IMG/VR virus record: IMGVR_UViG_3300029309_000033
Span: 1-59,385 of that record
Length of the DNA: 59,385 nt
Direction: 5' to 3' (one strand)
DNA from: a virus
Lineage: Duplodnaviria; Caudoviricetes
Shown here: in pieces, positions 23,811-32,849 of the stretch
How the letters are laid out: each line of letters starts with the position of its first letter
Position numbering within the stretch: the first letter of the stretch is position 1
Notes under the pieces: model-generated
Told to the model about the DNA's origin: nothing
Database searches by the model: none
What the model saw: only the letters and a program-made list of their open reading frames with translations
Made by a program: the position numbers and the translations under genes

Positions 23811-24487
23811 TATCTAACATTCTTTATGTTTTTAAGTTCTTGTTCTTTTAGTTTAGCTTCTTCTTTCGCTATCGCCTCAGCGATCTTTTTTTCTTTTGCT
23901 TTTCTATCATCCATACGTTTCACGTATGTTTTATAATCTGGTCTTTCATGATCGTACTTAGACCATAAAGCTTGTGCCTCTTTACCTATCTTACCATCTA
24001 TTGGACATGGTGTGCCTGCTTGTATCATAGATTCAAACACTCTTTCATCCTGACATAATATAGCAACCGCAGCCACTTTCATACCAAAATCATTTAATAT
24101 TCTTGCTAACTTTAATCTTTCACAATTCTTGTCTATTGTGTGTTTACCACCACTTAAACCTACACCAAATGTCTGCACCCCTGCTGATACTCCAACGGCA
24201 CAAACGTCTTGCGTCATGGAGTTATAGGACGGTGCTGAAGCTGATGGTGGCGCTGACCTAATATTAGAATTTGTTGTATTAGTTGTTGTGCTATTGGAAC
24301 TTGATCCAGACTGATATGTTGTAGTTGCCGTAGATGTGTACCCGCCTTCAATCGCTGTGTTAGATCCAGATGTGTTTGTTTGTGTTGATCCTGCATGTGC
24401 AGGGCCTCCACAAAAAGCTAAAAGAGTCAATAAAAGTATTAGAACTCCCGTAAAATAATAATTATTTTCTACGGTTTTAGTCCTCAT
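23810..24487 (-). CDS. Exported Ser/Thr-rich, Cys-containing protein
   Basis: Start moved to MRTKTVEN; signal peptide ending AHA; CAVGVSAGVQ...NCERLKLA...AGTPCP. Confidence 0.7.
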   Translation of the reverse strand: MRTKTVENNYYFTGVLILLLTLLAFCGGPAHAGSTQTNTSGSNTAIEGGYTSTATTTYQSGSSSNSTTTNTTNSNIRSAPPSASAPSYNSMTQDVCAVGVSAGVQTFGVGLSGGKHTIDKNCERLKLARILNDFGMKVAAVAILCQDERVFESMIQAGTPCPIDGKIGKEAQALWSKYDHERPDYKTYVKRMDDRKAKEKKIAEAIAKEEAKLKEQELKNIKNVR

Positions 24488-24623
24488 CTTTTTTCTCAAT
24501 CTTCGAATCTTTACATTTACAGCCTTCACAAGTACACACTCCGTATTCGTCTGCATGTAGATCGTTATCTTCGCCACAATGGCAAGGATGATGACACTTA
24601 CTACAGAATTGTCCTAATGTCAT
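24477..24623 (-). CDS. 48-aa Cys/His-rich metallothionein-like peptide (not in ORF track)
   Basis: MTLGQFCSKCHHPCHCGEDNDLHADEYGVCTCEGCKCKDSKIEKKDED; ATGA-coupled. Confidence 0.6.
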   Translation of the reverse strand: MTLGQFCSKCHHPCHCGEDNDLHADEYGVCTCEGCKCKDSKIEKKDED

Positions 24624-24691
24624 TTTTTAAACCTATCCTTAATTCTTTTTATAGGTCTTAAAATCCATCTTCTTATAAATTTTTTAATCAT
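24620..24691 (-). CDS. 23-aa cationic amphipathic peptide (not in ORF track)
   Basis: MIKKFIRRWILRPIKRIKDRFKK; GAGGAG SD. Confidence 0.5.
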   Translation of the reverse strand: MIKKFIRRWILRPIKRIKDRFKK

Positions 24692-25334
24692 GTTTTTTCT
24701 CCTCAATCTCGTAAAAGAAGTCATCAGTATCTGATGTCTTCCATTCACCAGTATCTTCTACATTCCATTCAGATGTCTGCACTTTCCAGTTAGGAATTTC
24801 GTCTTTAACCGTGAATGAAGGTATATCCCAAATTATTCTATTATTTGGTTGCGCAGCAAAGTTGCCATCGTCTAATTCTAATATGTGCGCACACTTGTGT
24901 TCGTGTGGTATCTCTGAATGTTCAGCGTCTACTATATTACAATCTGGGTGTGCCCAGTCAATAGTAAATAAATATTTTCCTCGGTGCCACTTCCTATCTT
25001 TTCCCATGTATTTACCATGGGTGCCTTGGATTATATCCCAATTAGTAACAGCAGGATAATAACTAAAGCAATTCCAAAGCTCCAACTCGTCAAGTCTACG
25101 TTTAGGAACTTCTTCTGGTTTAAAGCCTCGCTGTATGAAGGCAGATATCGGGAGACGATAAAAGATAGCCCCGCTTTCCATAATTGCATGGCATAAGATA
25201 GCAGTCCCAGCAATAGATGTAATGCCGAAGACAATACAGTCTTCAACTTCTCCGTGATGTTTTTTAAGATCATATAAATACTCCCTTCGTATTTGTGCAT
25301 AAATCGGCGGTATATTTGCATTTAAGTAAGCCAT
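24684..25334 (-). CDS. Conserved phage hypothetical protein
   Basis: MAYLNANIPP...YLFTIDW...HKCAH...AAQPNNR; GAGGA SD. Confidence 0.8.
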   Translation of the reverse strand: MAYLNANIPPIYAQIRREYLYDLKKHHGEVEDCIVFGITSIAGTAILCHAIMESGAIFYRLPISAFIQRGFKPEEVPKRRLDELELWNCFSYYPAVTNWDIIQGTHGKYMGKDRKWHRGKYLFTIDWAHPDCNIVDAEHSEIPHEHKCAHILELDDGNFAAQPNNRIIWDIPSFTVKDEIPNWKVQTSEWNVEDTGEWKTSDTDDFFYEIEEKKHD

Positions 25335-25343
25335 AGTCAATCC

Positions 25344-27185
25344 TCATTTTATTTCTCCCCAGTTCTTACCAAACTCATAATCCACTTTACTTGGTATCTC
25401 TAACTCAACTGCGGATTCCATAATCTCTTTTATATGTTTTGCTTTTATATCACTTTCCACAGATATATCTAGTTCATCATGTACTTGTATATGTGCAACA
25501 ATGCCCTCCTTATATAACTCTAACATAGATTTTTTTGTCATATCTGCGGCTGATCCTTGTATTAATTTATTCAAAGCTTTGTAAGTATAAGCACGCCTGA
25601 TACCTGCTCCATGTTCCTGACGAGCTTGTTCAAAAGGTAACGCTTTGTGAACACCAAATCTACTAGGCTCCCACAAATGAAACCTGCATAATCTACCAAG
25701 TAAAGTTCGTATCTGCCCTCTTTGTTGTGCTCTGTTAGACACAGAGTTCATTAAAGTTTTAACAAACGGAACTCTTTCATGATAAACAGTAAATAGCTCT
25801 TCAGCTTTTTCTTTCGATACACCTAACTCTGCTTGTAGTTTTGCTTTACCCATGCCATAAAATAATCCAAGATTAATTGTTTTTGCTTGAGTTCTAGGTA
25901 TGTCAGCCATCTTCGCAACGATTGTGTGAAAGTCTGCATCGTCTTGTAAGTAAGAGTCCTTAACACTGAAGACGCTTGTATCTTGATCTAGGGATGCATA
26001 GTGAACTACTAATCTAGGTTCTTGTTGATTATAGTCAAAGCATCCCCACTCACAACCAGATTCAGGAATAAAGAGGGATCTGATCAATGGTCCTAAGTCT
26101 TTGTTGCGAGCAGGAATTTGTTGTAGATTTGGATTAGAGTAACTAAATCTACCAGTTACTGTGCCTCCTGTATCAGATCTAATCTGATTTATATCTGCAT
26201 GTATTCTACCTTTGTGTTCGTGTTTTATAATTGTATCTATGAATGTCGTATGTGCCTTGTTTATTTCTCTGGCTTTTGATATGCATTTTACTAAAGGATG
26301 TTTATGTGTAGACAAGAAATTTTTTGTAAAGGATGGTGCTTGTGTTTTTAAAGTTCTTTCATACGGTAAGTTTAGTTTATCAAACACTTTGGCTATCGAT
26401 CTTGCTGCCCATATTTGAGTATCTACTCCTGTCTCTGTTTTTACTTTTTGCAGGAGTTCTTTTTCTTCTGATGCTAATTGTTGCTTCATTGTGTGAGCTT
26501 TTTGAACATCTACTCTCACTCCTAAAAAACGCATGTCTACTAAACAAGGAAAAAGATCTGTTTCTAAATCAAAAATAGAATTTAAATCTTGATCCATTAT
26601 TTCTTTCTGCATTATCTTCCACAGTCCATACGTTAACTCTGCATCACGTTCAGCATAATTACCCACATACATCGCAGGTAGTTTCCACATGTCAGCTTTT
26701 GAATCTATGCCCCATTCTTTTGCAGCGTTGTTTAGTTCTGTTTCATTTTTACCTTGACTTAAATAGTCCCAACCAAGTGATCCAAGATCATATCTAAACC
26801 TATTTTCGTTTACGAGTGATGCTGCAATCATGGTATCAATTATAGTTCCGTTAATTGGTATGCCCATGGCCCTAATCCAACACACATCGTACATGGCGTT
26901 GTGAAATATTTTTGTAGAGGTAGTTTTACAAATGTCCGTAAACCATTGAATTACTTTACTTTTTTCTAGATTACCACCACCTTCATGATCGAATGGAAAG
27001 TATCCAGAATAACCCTCTGTCGCAACTGCAATGCCTACAACCTTACCTTTACCGATTACAGAACCAGACCCCATAGTTTTTAAGTCTGGGTCGTGTGTTT
27101 CTAAGTCAATTGCAATCTCTTCACAAAATCTTAAATCTGGAAACTCTTTGGGTTTAACCCACTCCGTCTGTGCCTTAAATATCAT
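25344..27185 (-). CDS. polA: Family A DNA polymerase with 3'-5' exonuclease (Leu762 type)
   Basis: IAIDLET, FHNAMYD, TGRFSYSNPNLQQIP, DYNQQEPR, RTQAKTINLGLFYG, IQGSAAD, QVHDEL. Confidence 0.95.
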   Translation of the reverse strand: MIFKAQTEWVKPKEFPDLRFCEEIAIDLETHDPDLKTMGSGSVIGKGKVVGIAVATEGYSGYFPFDHEGGGNLEKSKVIQWFTDICKTTSTKIFHNAMYDVCWIRAMGIPINGTIIDTMIAASLVNENRFRYDLGSLGWDYLSQGKNETELNNAAKEWGIDSKADMWKLPAMYVGNYAERDAELTYGLWKIMQKEIMDQDLNSIFDLETDLFPCLVDMRFLGVRVDVQKAHTMKQQLASEEKELLQKVKTETGVDTQIWAARSIAKVFDKLNLPYERTLKTQAPSFTKNFLSTHKHPLVKCISKAREINKAHTTFIDTIIKHEHKGRIHADINQIRSDTGGTVTGRFSYSNPNLQQIPARNKDLGPLIRSLFIPESGCEWGCFDYNQQEPRLVVHYASLDQDTSVFSVKDSYLQDDADFHTIVAKMADIPRTQAKTINLGLFYGMGKAKLQAELGVSKEKAEELFTVYHERVPFVKTLMNSVSNRAQQRGQIRTLLGRLCRFHLWEPSRFGVHKALPFEQARQEHGAGIRRAYTYKALNKLIQGSAADMTKKSMLELYKEGIVAHIQVHDELDISVESDIKAKHIKEIMESAVELEIPSKVDYEFGKNWGEIK

Positions 27186-28260
27186 TTACAACCTTTTTTA
27201 TAGCTAGTCCTATTTCTTTTGCGATTTGCGGGACGATAGCATTTCCCAATCCTTTAAGTCGGTGTACTCTGCCGGGTACCCCATTAGCCACTCTACCCAC
27301 ATTGGGTTCAACGCTCCACCAGCTGTTCCCGCTAGTCTGCTTTTCTTTTTCGCTGTTTCGTAATTCGTGTTCAGCCATGAATCTTTCCAATCTCTTGCTG
27401 TAGGTGTTGGCATCATGGCTATTCTCTCCTCTAATCTCGCCTTGTCTACTCCTCTCCTCTTGATGTTTTCCATGTTCTCCGACATGGCTTTCGATGCTCT
27501 TGGAGTTGGCCACATTTGTTTTGGTGGTGGATATATAACTTGCTCTCTCAGTGTCGAATGAGTGGTTCGACCCTTTCTGTTTTTTTGATATTGTTTCTTT
27601 AATTCCTTCTCGTTCCTTGGAGGCAAGCTGTCCATTGCGTTCGGCGTAAGCCACATTTGTTGAACTTGTTGATTCAGAGGTGGCACTTGTCCCCCTCCAG
27701 GATGTGGTTTTCTCGGCTTCGTTATGTTGTTTGAGTCGAATGTTGTCGGGGTTGACCATAGATTCTTCTCTGTTGGCAATAATCCAGACTCTTTCTCTCC
27801 GATGGGGAGCACCGACGCCTGCAGCTGGAATAATGAACGGTTGAACTTCGTAGCCTTCACTTTCCAAGTCAGTGCACACAGTTTCGAAGACCACGCCGTC
27901 TTGGATGTTAATAATATTTTTGACATTCTCCCCAATAACGAATTGGGGTTTGATCTCCCTAATGAGTCTAAACATTTCTGGCCAGAGATGTCGGTCGTCA
28001 CTCGTTCCTTTCTGTTTGCCTGCGACTGAAAATGGTTGACATGGGAAACCTCCGCAAATGACATCTGCCTCTCCTTCTTTTCCTTTGACATTTTTTATAT
28101 CCTCCTCGATTGGTATGTTGGGAAAGTTTTTTTGTAAAACTTTCTGACAGTATTTATCTTTCTCTACAAACTTCACTGTCTCAAAAAAGTTTGTTGAATC
28201 TAATCCTAACGTAAAACCACCTATGCCTGAAAATAAATCCAAAACTTTTAATTTTTTCAT
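27175..28260 (-). CDS. C5-cytosine DNA methyltransferase, alpha-type polypeptide
   Basis: DLFSGIGG (I), GGFPCQPFS (IV), ENV (VI), HRRERVW (VIII), LGNAIVPQ (X); no motif IX in this frame. Confidence 0.9.
   Translation of the reverse strand: MKKLKVLDLFSGIGGFTLGLDSTNFFETVKFVEKDKYCQKVLQKNFPNIPIEEDIKNVKGKEGEADVICGGFPCQPFSVAGKQKGTSDDRHLWPEMFRLIREIKPQFVIGENVKNIINIQDGVVFETVCTDLESEGYEVQPFIIPAAGVGAPHRRERVWIIANREESMVNPDNIRLKQHNEAEKTTSWRGTSATSESTSSTNVAYAERNGQLASKEREGIKETISKKQKGSNHSFDTERASYISTTKTNVANSKSIESHVGEHGKHQEERSRQGEIRGENSHDANTYSKRLERFMAEHELRNSEKEKQTSGNSWWSVEPNVGRVANGVPGRVHRLKGLGNAIVPQIAKEIGLAIKKVVNDI
27210..28091 (-). CDS. Nested alternate-frame ORF, putative methyltransferase beta polypeptide (start uncertain)
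   Basis: 293 open codons in AT-rich DNA; four xxTP repeats and motif-IX-like LNPMWVEWLMGYP. Confidence 0.7.
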   Translation of the reverse strand: MSKEKKERQMSFAEVSHVNHFQSQANRKERVTTDISGQKCLDSLGRSNPNSLLGRMSKILLTSKTAWSSKLCALTWKVKATKFNRSLFQLQASVLPIGEKESGLLPTEKNLWSTPTTFDSNNITKPRKPHPGGGQVPPLNQQVQQMWLTPNAMDSLPPRNEKELKKQYQKNRKGRTTHSTLREQVIYPPPKQMWPTPRASKAMSENMENIKRRGVDKARLEERIAMMPTPTARDWKDSWLNTNYETAKKKSRLAGTAGGALNPMWVEWLMGYPAEYTDLKDWEMLSSRKSQKK

Positions 28261-28463
28261 TTATAATCTCTTTCAATTATCATTTCTAAATAATGTATGG
28301 CTTTCAGTATATCATCCTTCTTCCCTTTGTGCGGGTGTCTGCATATGTATTTTATAGCATTGCCCTCCGCAAAAAGCAACTTGTTGTCATTTATAAACTT
28401 CGAGGGCTGTATTTTAAAACTAATGTAGTGTCCACCCGCTATTTGTTTTTCATATACACTCAT
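28257..28463 (-). CDS. DUF3310-like protein
   Basis: QIAGGHY...GNAIKYICR...DILKAIHYLE. Confidence 0.8.
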   Translation of the reverse strand: MSVYEKQIAGGHYISFKIQPSKFINDNKLLFAEGNAIKYICRHPHKGKKDDILKAIHYLEMIIERDYK

Positions 28464-29896
28464 AATTTAAACTCCTTAGATTTGTTTTGTGATTTTATTA
28501 AATATAAATTTTTTGCAGACCGTGTGATGCCCACATACCAAACTCTATACTCCTCGTCTCTTTTAGCTATGGATCTTTTAGCACCTTTGATCGTGTTAGC
28601 TGTTTCGTTTAAAAATAAAACTACGTTCGTAGCCTCACCACCTTTAGCCCCATGTATTGTTGATACCGTGATTCTTGGATCTTCGGTAACATTTTCATTG
28701 TTTAACAGTAACAACCTCATGTAAGTAATTTGACTATCAGTTAATTTATTAAACGCATCATACCATTTTAAAGATATGTTCATTGTCCCATTTATTCTTT
28801 CTTTTATTCTCTGCACATGTATGTCTGCCACATGTTTTTTCTTTTGTATTAAATGCCAGTTCTGTATGTCTTCATACAAACTTTTACCTATGCTATTACC
28901 TTGCGCTGTGCAAAAAAAGAAACCTTTCTTTTTTAAAAAAGTTATTACTGGTTTTAATAGTGACTTTGTTCTTGTTAGTATTAACCAATCTTCTTTTGAT
29001 AAATCTATGTCAGACAGTTTATATCTATCAAAAATTTCTCCAGTTTCTGATTTTGGAAAATATTCTTTGTCAATTCTATTATCTTGTATTCTGTCAATGA
29101 CATTTAATGCTTTTTCCTGTATAGTTATTGGCACTCTTTTTGATTGTTTTAGTGGTATTTCTTCTGCCTCCCAGTCAATAAAAGAGTCTACATCAGCGCC
29201 TGCCCAACCAAATATGGCTTGATCATCATCACCTGCAACCCACACATCGCAGTTAGTATCTCTTTCTATTTTATCTATCATAGACCATTGTATCAATGAT
29301 AAGTCCTGCGCCTCATCTATAAATATAACATCAAACTTTGGTGTAACATCTTGGTCTAAAAATTTTTGTATCATGTCAGTAAAGTCTATAAGACCGTATG
29401 TTTTTTTATAATTATTTATTTCTTTTTCTATCGCATCTAATTTATCTCTTTCTATTCTAGATAAATGCTCGTTTCTATCTAGTTGATCCATGGCGGATAT
29501 CTGCCTTACTCTTGCAAGATTAATCATGCTTAAATACTCACTATCAGATGAAAAAATACCATTCCAATTGTTTGTTTCATATGATGCATACTTTATCTGT
29601 ATGCCACATGTCTCACCTATTTTTTTATAGTTTAACTCCTGCATGACGTTTTCCTCTTTTAAACCTAAAGTATTAAAAGCCAAAGAGTGTAGTGTTTGAA
29701 AATATTTTATATCTTTCTTGGTAAGCTCTGTTTTTATTTTTAAGAATCTATCTTTTGCCTCTCCAGCAGCTTTTCTTGTAAATGCAAAATACCCTATTCT
29801 ATTCAAAGGTGTTCCAATATCAGAGTATCTCTGCACATTATTTAACAGTCTTCTAGTTTTACCAGTTCCCGGAGGGCCTACAACTTTGTATCTCAC
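28460..29896 (-). CDS. Superfamily 1 (UvrD/Rep-like) helicase
   Basis: GPPGTGKT, IDEAQD, GDDDQAIF, TIHGAKGGE, YVGITR. Confidence 0.9.
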   Translation of the reverse strand: MRYKVVGPPGTGKTRRLLNNVQRYSDIGTPLNRIGYFAFTRKAAGEAKDRFLKIKTELTKKDIKYFQTLHSLAFNTLGLKEENVMQELNYKKIGETCGIQIKYASYETNNWNGIFSSDSEYLSMINLARVRQISAMDQLDRNEHLSRIERDKLDAIEKEINNYKKTYGLIDFTDMIQKFLDQDVTPKFDVIFIDEAQDLSLIQWSMIDKIERDTNCDVWVAGDDDQAIFGWAGADVDSFIDWEAEEIPLKQSKRVPITIQEKALNVIDRIQDNRIDKEYFPKSETGEIFDRYKLSDIDLSKEDWLILTRTKSLLKPVITFLKKKGFFFCTAQGNSIGKSLYEDIQNWHLIQKKKHVADIHVQRIKERINGTMNISLKWYDAFNKLTDSQITYMRLLLLNNENVTEDPRITVSTIHGAKGGEATNVVLFLNETANTIKGAKRSIAKRDEEYRVWYVGITRSAKNLYLIKSQNKSKEFKL

Positions 29897-31464
29897 TAAT
29901 AATTATCTCCTTTTCTTTCTACTGGTTTGTATTCTATTTTATCTACATGCAGTTGCTTGACTCTGCACACTTTAAAAGTCTTACCATCCACATTTAGCGA
30001 GTGATTAAACTCTACATCACATTTATCTTTTAATTTTTGTGCTATTCTTTCTTCTGGTATTTTCCAACTAGAACCCAAATGATCTATAAAAGAGTTAAAT
30101 CTAAAGTAATGATAGCCCTCCTCTGTAAGACAAGATCCACTATTAATCTGCACTCTTTGTTTAGCTCTTGGCCCATTAACACAATATTGAAACAACTCCT
30201 CTCTTAATCTATCCTCTATCTGTGTCCCTGCTGGCGGTGATATCTTAACAGAGTTCTTTCTAATCTCCGTTAGCTTTGCTCTAAAGTCTTTTGCTTTTAG
30301 TGGCTCATGGTAGATACCAGTTTGCTCCCATATCAAATCTAATAGTTCTGTTTGTTTTGTTATCAGTCGCCTGTTACCTGCTATCACTCCAGCCTTTGTG
30401 CCATCTGGCAATGCCACATTAAACCTGTACTCAGGCTCTGCATACATGATAATCTCAAAGTCTGTGATGTCAGGAAACATACTAATACTATCAGATTTAA
30501 CGCCAAACGGTCTAGAGTAACAAAGACTACGCATGCATTTGCTTTGTATTGGATCTTCGTAACACGTATGACCTGCTGTATCTTTCTTCCATGCAGTTAG
30601 CTTAGTATCTAACTTAGCTTTATCCCATGGGTCTTCTAAATAATTATAGTTTGCTTTTGCAACATAATCTGGCCATTTGTCTTTGTATTTCTTTTTAGCA
30701 AAGACCATGTAATTGTACATAAACCTATCTCTACCATCATCTAATTTTCTTTTTGAACATAATGCTAAACATGGTGGACCATCTTCAAACTCCTCACTAG
30801 TTCCAACTAATATATTCTTGTATGTCTCTGTCACTAATTTTTCTAAATCATCTTTGCCTATTTTATTTTGATTAGCAAACTCTATAAATTTTTGTAGATC
30901 TAATTTATTGTTGTCTTTGTCTACAGCGTATCGATGTGTGTGTCCGTTGTTATAGTAGGGTAGGTTTATAAAGTTGCCTGGTTTTGTGTCGCCTTTGTCA
31001 TCTTCCTTTAGTTCTTTCTGTTTAGGAAAAACCTCTGTCGTGGGATCTAGCCCAAGAGGTAGTAGAAAAGATTTTAGTGCTGATATTAAATCTATCGCTG
31101 ATATTGGTTCTTTTAAAAATAAATAACAATGTAATCCACCGCTCTTTGATAACAACGGTATTAAAGGTAGTTTGTACTGTTGAAATAATGCTAAATAGTT
31201 TTCTATTTTAAATGTAGAATAATTTTTTGGATCAATATCTATGCAGCCAAAGCTTGCTGTTTTATCTAGTCTGCATGGTTGTATACCTATGGATATCTTA
31301 CCTTGTATATGATCTCTGTAGTCACCTTGTGTGATTGGTCGACCTGCCCACTCGTAGTTAGGTTTAAGTTTGTTTTTCTCTTCATCTAACTGTGCCGATG
31401 ACATGTCCGCTATACCAAAATCACCTTGGTATCCTGTAAACAGTTCTATAAAATCATCAACCAT
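29896..31464 (-). CDS. Putative AEP-type primase
   Basis: GCIDID, SKSGGLHCYLF, EVFPKQ, GNFINLPY, PPCL; start moved to MVDDF. Confidence 0.75.
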   Translation of the reverse strand: MVDDFIELFTGYQGDFGIADMSSAQLDEEKNKLKPNYEWAGRPITQGDYRDHIQGKISIGIQPCRLDKTASFGCIDIDPKNYSTFKIENYLALFQQYKLPLIPLLSKSGGLHCYLFLKEPISAIDLISALKSFLLPLGLDPTTEVFPKQKELKEDDKGDTKPGNFINLPYYNNGHTHRYAVDKDNNKLDLQKFIEFANQNKIGKDDLEKLVTETYKNILVGTSEEFEDGPPCLALCSKRKLDDGRDRFMYNYMVFAKKKYKDKWPDYVAKANYNYLEDPWDKAKLDTKLTAWKKDTAGHTCYEDPIQSKCMRSLCYSRPFGVKSDSISMFPDITDFEIIMYAEPEYRFNVALPDGTKAGVIAGNRRLITKQTELLDLIWEQTGIYHEPLKAKDFRAKLTEIRKNSVKISPPAGTQIEDRLREELFQYCVNGPRAKQRVQINSGSCLTEEGYHYFRFNSFIDHLGSSWKIPEERIAQKLKDKCDVEFNHSLNVDGKTFKVCRVKQLHVDKIEYKPVERKGDNY

Positions 31465-31476
31465 AAGATCCCGGGT

Positions 31477-31506
31477 GGGGTGACTCCAGTCTCCCTTTGT
31501 CACCCC
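31477..31506 (-). promoter_or_regulatory. Hairpin in the primase leader
   Basis: GGGGTGAC-AAAGGGAGACTGGA-GTCACCCC on the minus strand, 12 nt before the ATG. Confidence 0.55.
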
Positions 31507-31527
31507 TATCTTTCTCTTAAGAAAGAA

Positions 31528-32286
31528 TTAGTAGTTAGAGTCCTGTGAAGAACTCTCAGCGTTAAGTTGGCTCTTTTTTAATGAACTATAGAACTCTCTA
31601 GCCATTTGATAGAGTGGTGCGTTATCTACCTTTCTTAATAGATTTACGCTATATCCATGCCAAGAGAAACTTCCTGAGTTTTCAACTGAGTTTAATCTAT
31701 AAATCCTAGAAAATCTTGGTGCAGGCACCGACTTTCCAGTAGACGGATCGTTTTCAAACTCGTTTTCTATTAAGGAGTTCCATTGCCTACTAGTTTTTAA
31801 CTGAGTAGTCTTCATAGTCATCAAAGCTTTTTCTGGCTTATCACCTAAAATGATTACAAAGTGGTTAGCAGTTTTGATAATTTCATTACCATTTTCTAAC
31901 ATATCTTTGTTTCTATCATTTTGCTTTGTTTGTGACATGATCTCCGGCCCTCTATCTGGATGAATAGGTCTACCCTCTGCTTTTTCAAAAGGTGCCCACT
32001 CAGGGTATGTCATCTTGTAGTAAACAGGTACAACTTCTATACCTTTTTCACCATCATACAGTTTCTTTGTAACTGTATTATAAAACATACCAGGCTCTGC
32101 GCCATCCACATATTTCGCATGTTTCTTTTTAGTCTCATATGAACCTGATTGTAACAGCTTCAAAAAAGGTAGCGCCAAATCTTCTTTGTCTATATTCTCA
32201 AGCCCCATGCCTGAGTCTTTAACAAAGTCCAAAGTCGCTACTTGACCACTTTGCTTTTTCACAACGTCTCTTGTTTCTTGTGTCAT
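31528..32286 (-). CDS. Putative ssDNA-binding/replication accessory protein
   Basis: LALPFLKLLQ...QLKTSRQWN; position upstream of the primase. Confidence 0.5.
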   Translation of the reverse strand: MTQETRDVVKKQSGQVATLDFVKDSGMGLENIDKEDLALPFLKLLQSGSYETKKKHAKYVDGAEPGMFYNTVTKKLYDGEKGIEVVPVYYKMTYPEWAPFEKAEGRPIHPDRGPEIMSQTKQNDRNKDMLENGNEIIKTANHFVIILGDKPEKALMTMKTTQLKTSRQWNSLIENEFENDPSTGKSVPAPRFSRIYRLNSVENSGSFSWHGYSVNLLRKVDNAPLYQMAREFYSSLKKSQLNAESSSQDSNY

Positions 32287-32288
32287 AT

Positions 32289-32849
32289 TTATTTGCTCCT
32301 TGTTATTTTTGTTTTGTTTCCTTTAAACAAGTTAAAATGTTCAGAGGGTAGATCTAGATTTTTTTCGACCTGCTCTCTGTACAACGCTTTGAGAGTCATG
32401 GGCTCCACCTTAAGTTTTTGCTCAGGTTGGTACCCATTACTCTCGGCAAGGTTAGCGTATTCACGCGCCTTGTTATCTTCGTTACGACCAAAGGAAACTA
32501 TGATTTCATTTTTAATCAAATCACCATGACCGTTTTTTCGAAGCCAGTTAAATGCGCCCTCTTTTTTCGCTACAGGGATAGTGGCGCTAAAAATTTCTTT
32601 TACCTCAATAGCAGAGCCATCTTTTAACTTCATAGTTTTCAAGTTCATAGACTCCATTATTTCTGGTATTACTTGTTGAGATAATTTATCTGCCTCTGCC
32701 TTTTTTGCAGACAACCTCTCTTCATCTTTTTTAATTTCATCCTCTAATCTTTGTAAATCAATAACATGATTAGACAAAGAGTCTGGATTTTTTAAATCGT
32801 TCACTTGTTGAGGTGCATCCTCTATGAACATCTTTTGTAAGTTACTCAT
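32289..32849 (-). CDS. Replication-module hypothetical protein
   Basis: 186 aa; AFNWLRKNGHGDLIK. Confidence 0.75.
   Translation of the reverse strand: MSNLQKMFIEDAPQQVNDLKNPDSLSNHVIDLQRLEDEIKKDEERLSAKKAEADKLSQQVIPEIMESMNLKTMKLKDGSAIEVKEIFSATIPVAKKEGAFNWLRKNGHGDLIKNEIIVSFGRNEDNKAREYANLAESNGYQPEQKLKVEPMTLKALYREQVEKNLDLPSEHFNLFKGNKTKITRSK

Noticed and set aside
25031-25321. 96-aa alternate-frame ORF inside 24684-25334
   Set aside because: No SD or recognisable motif, unlike the nested frame in the methyltransferase.
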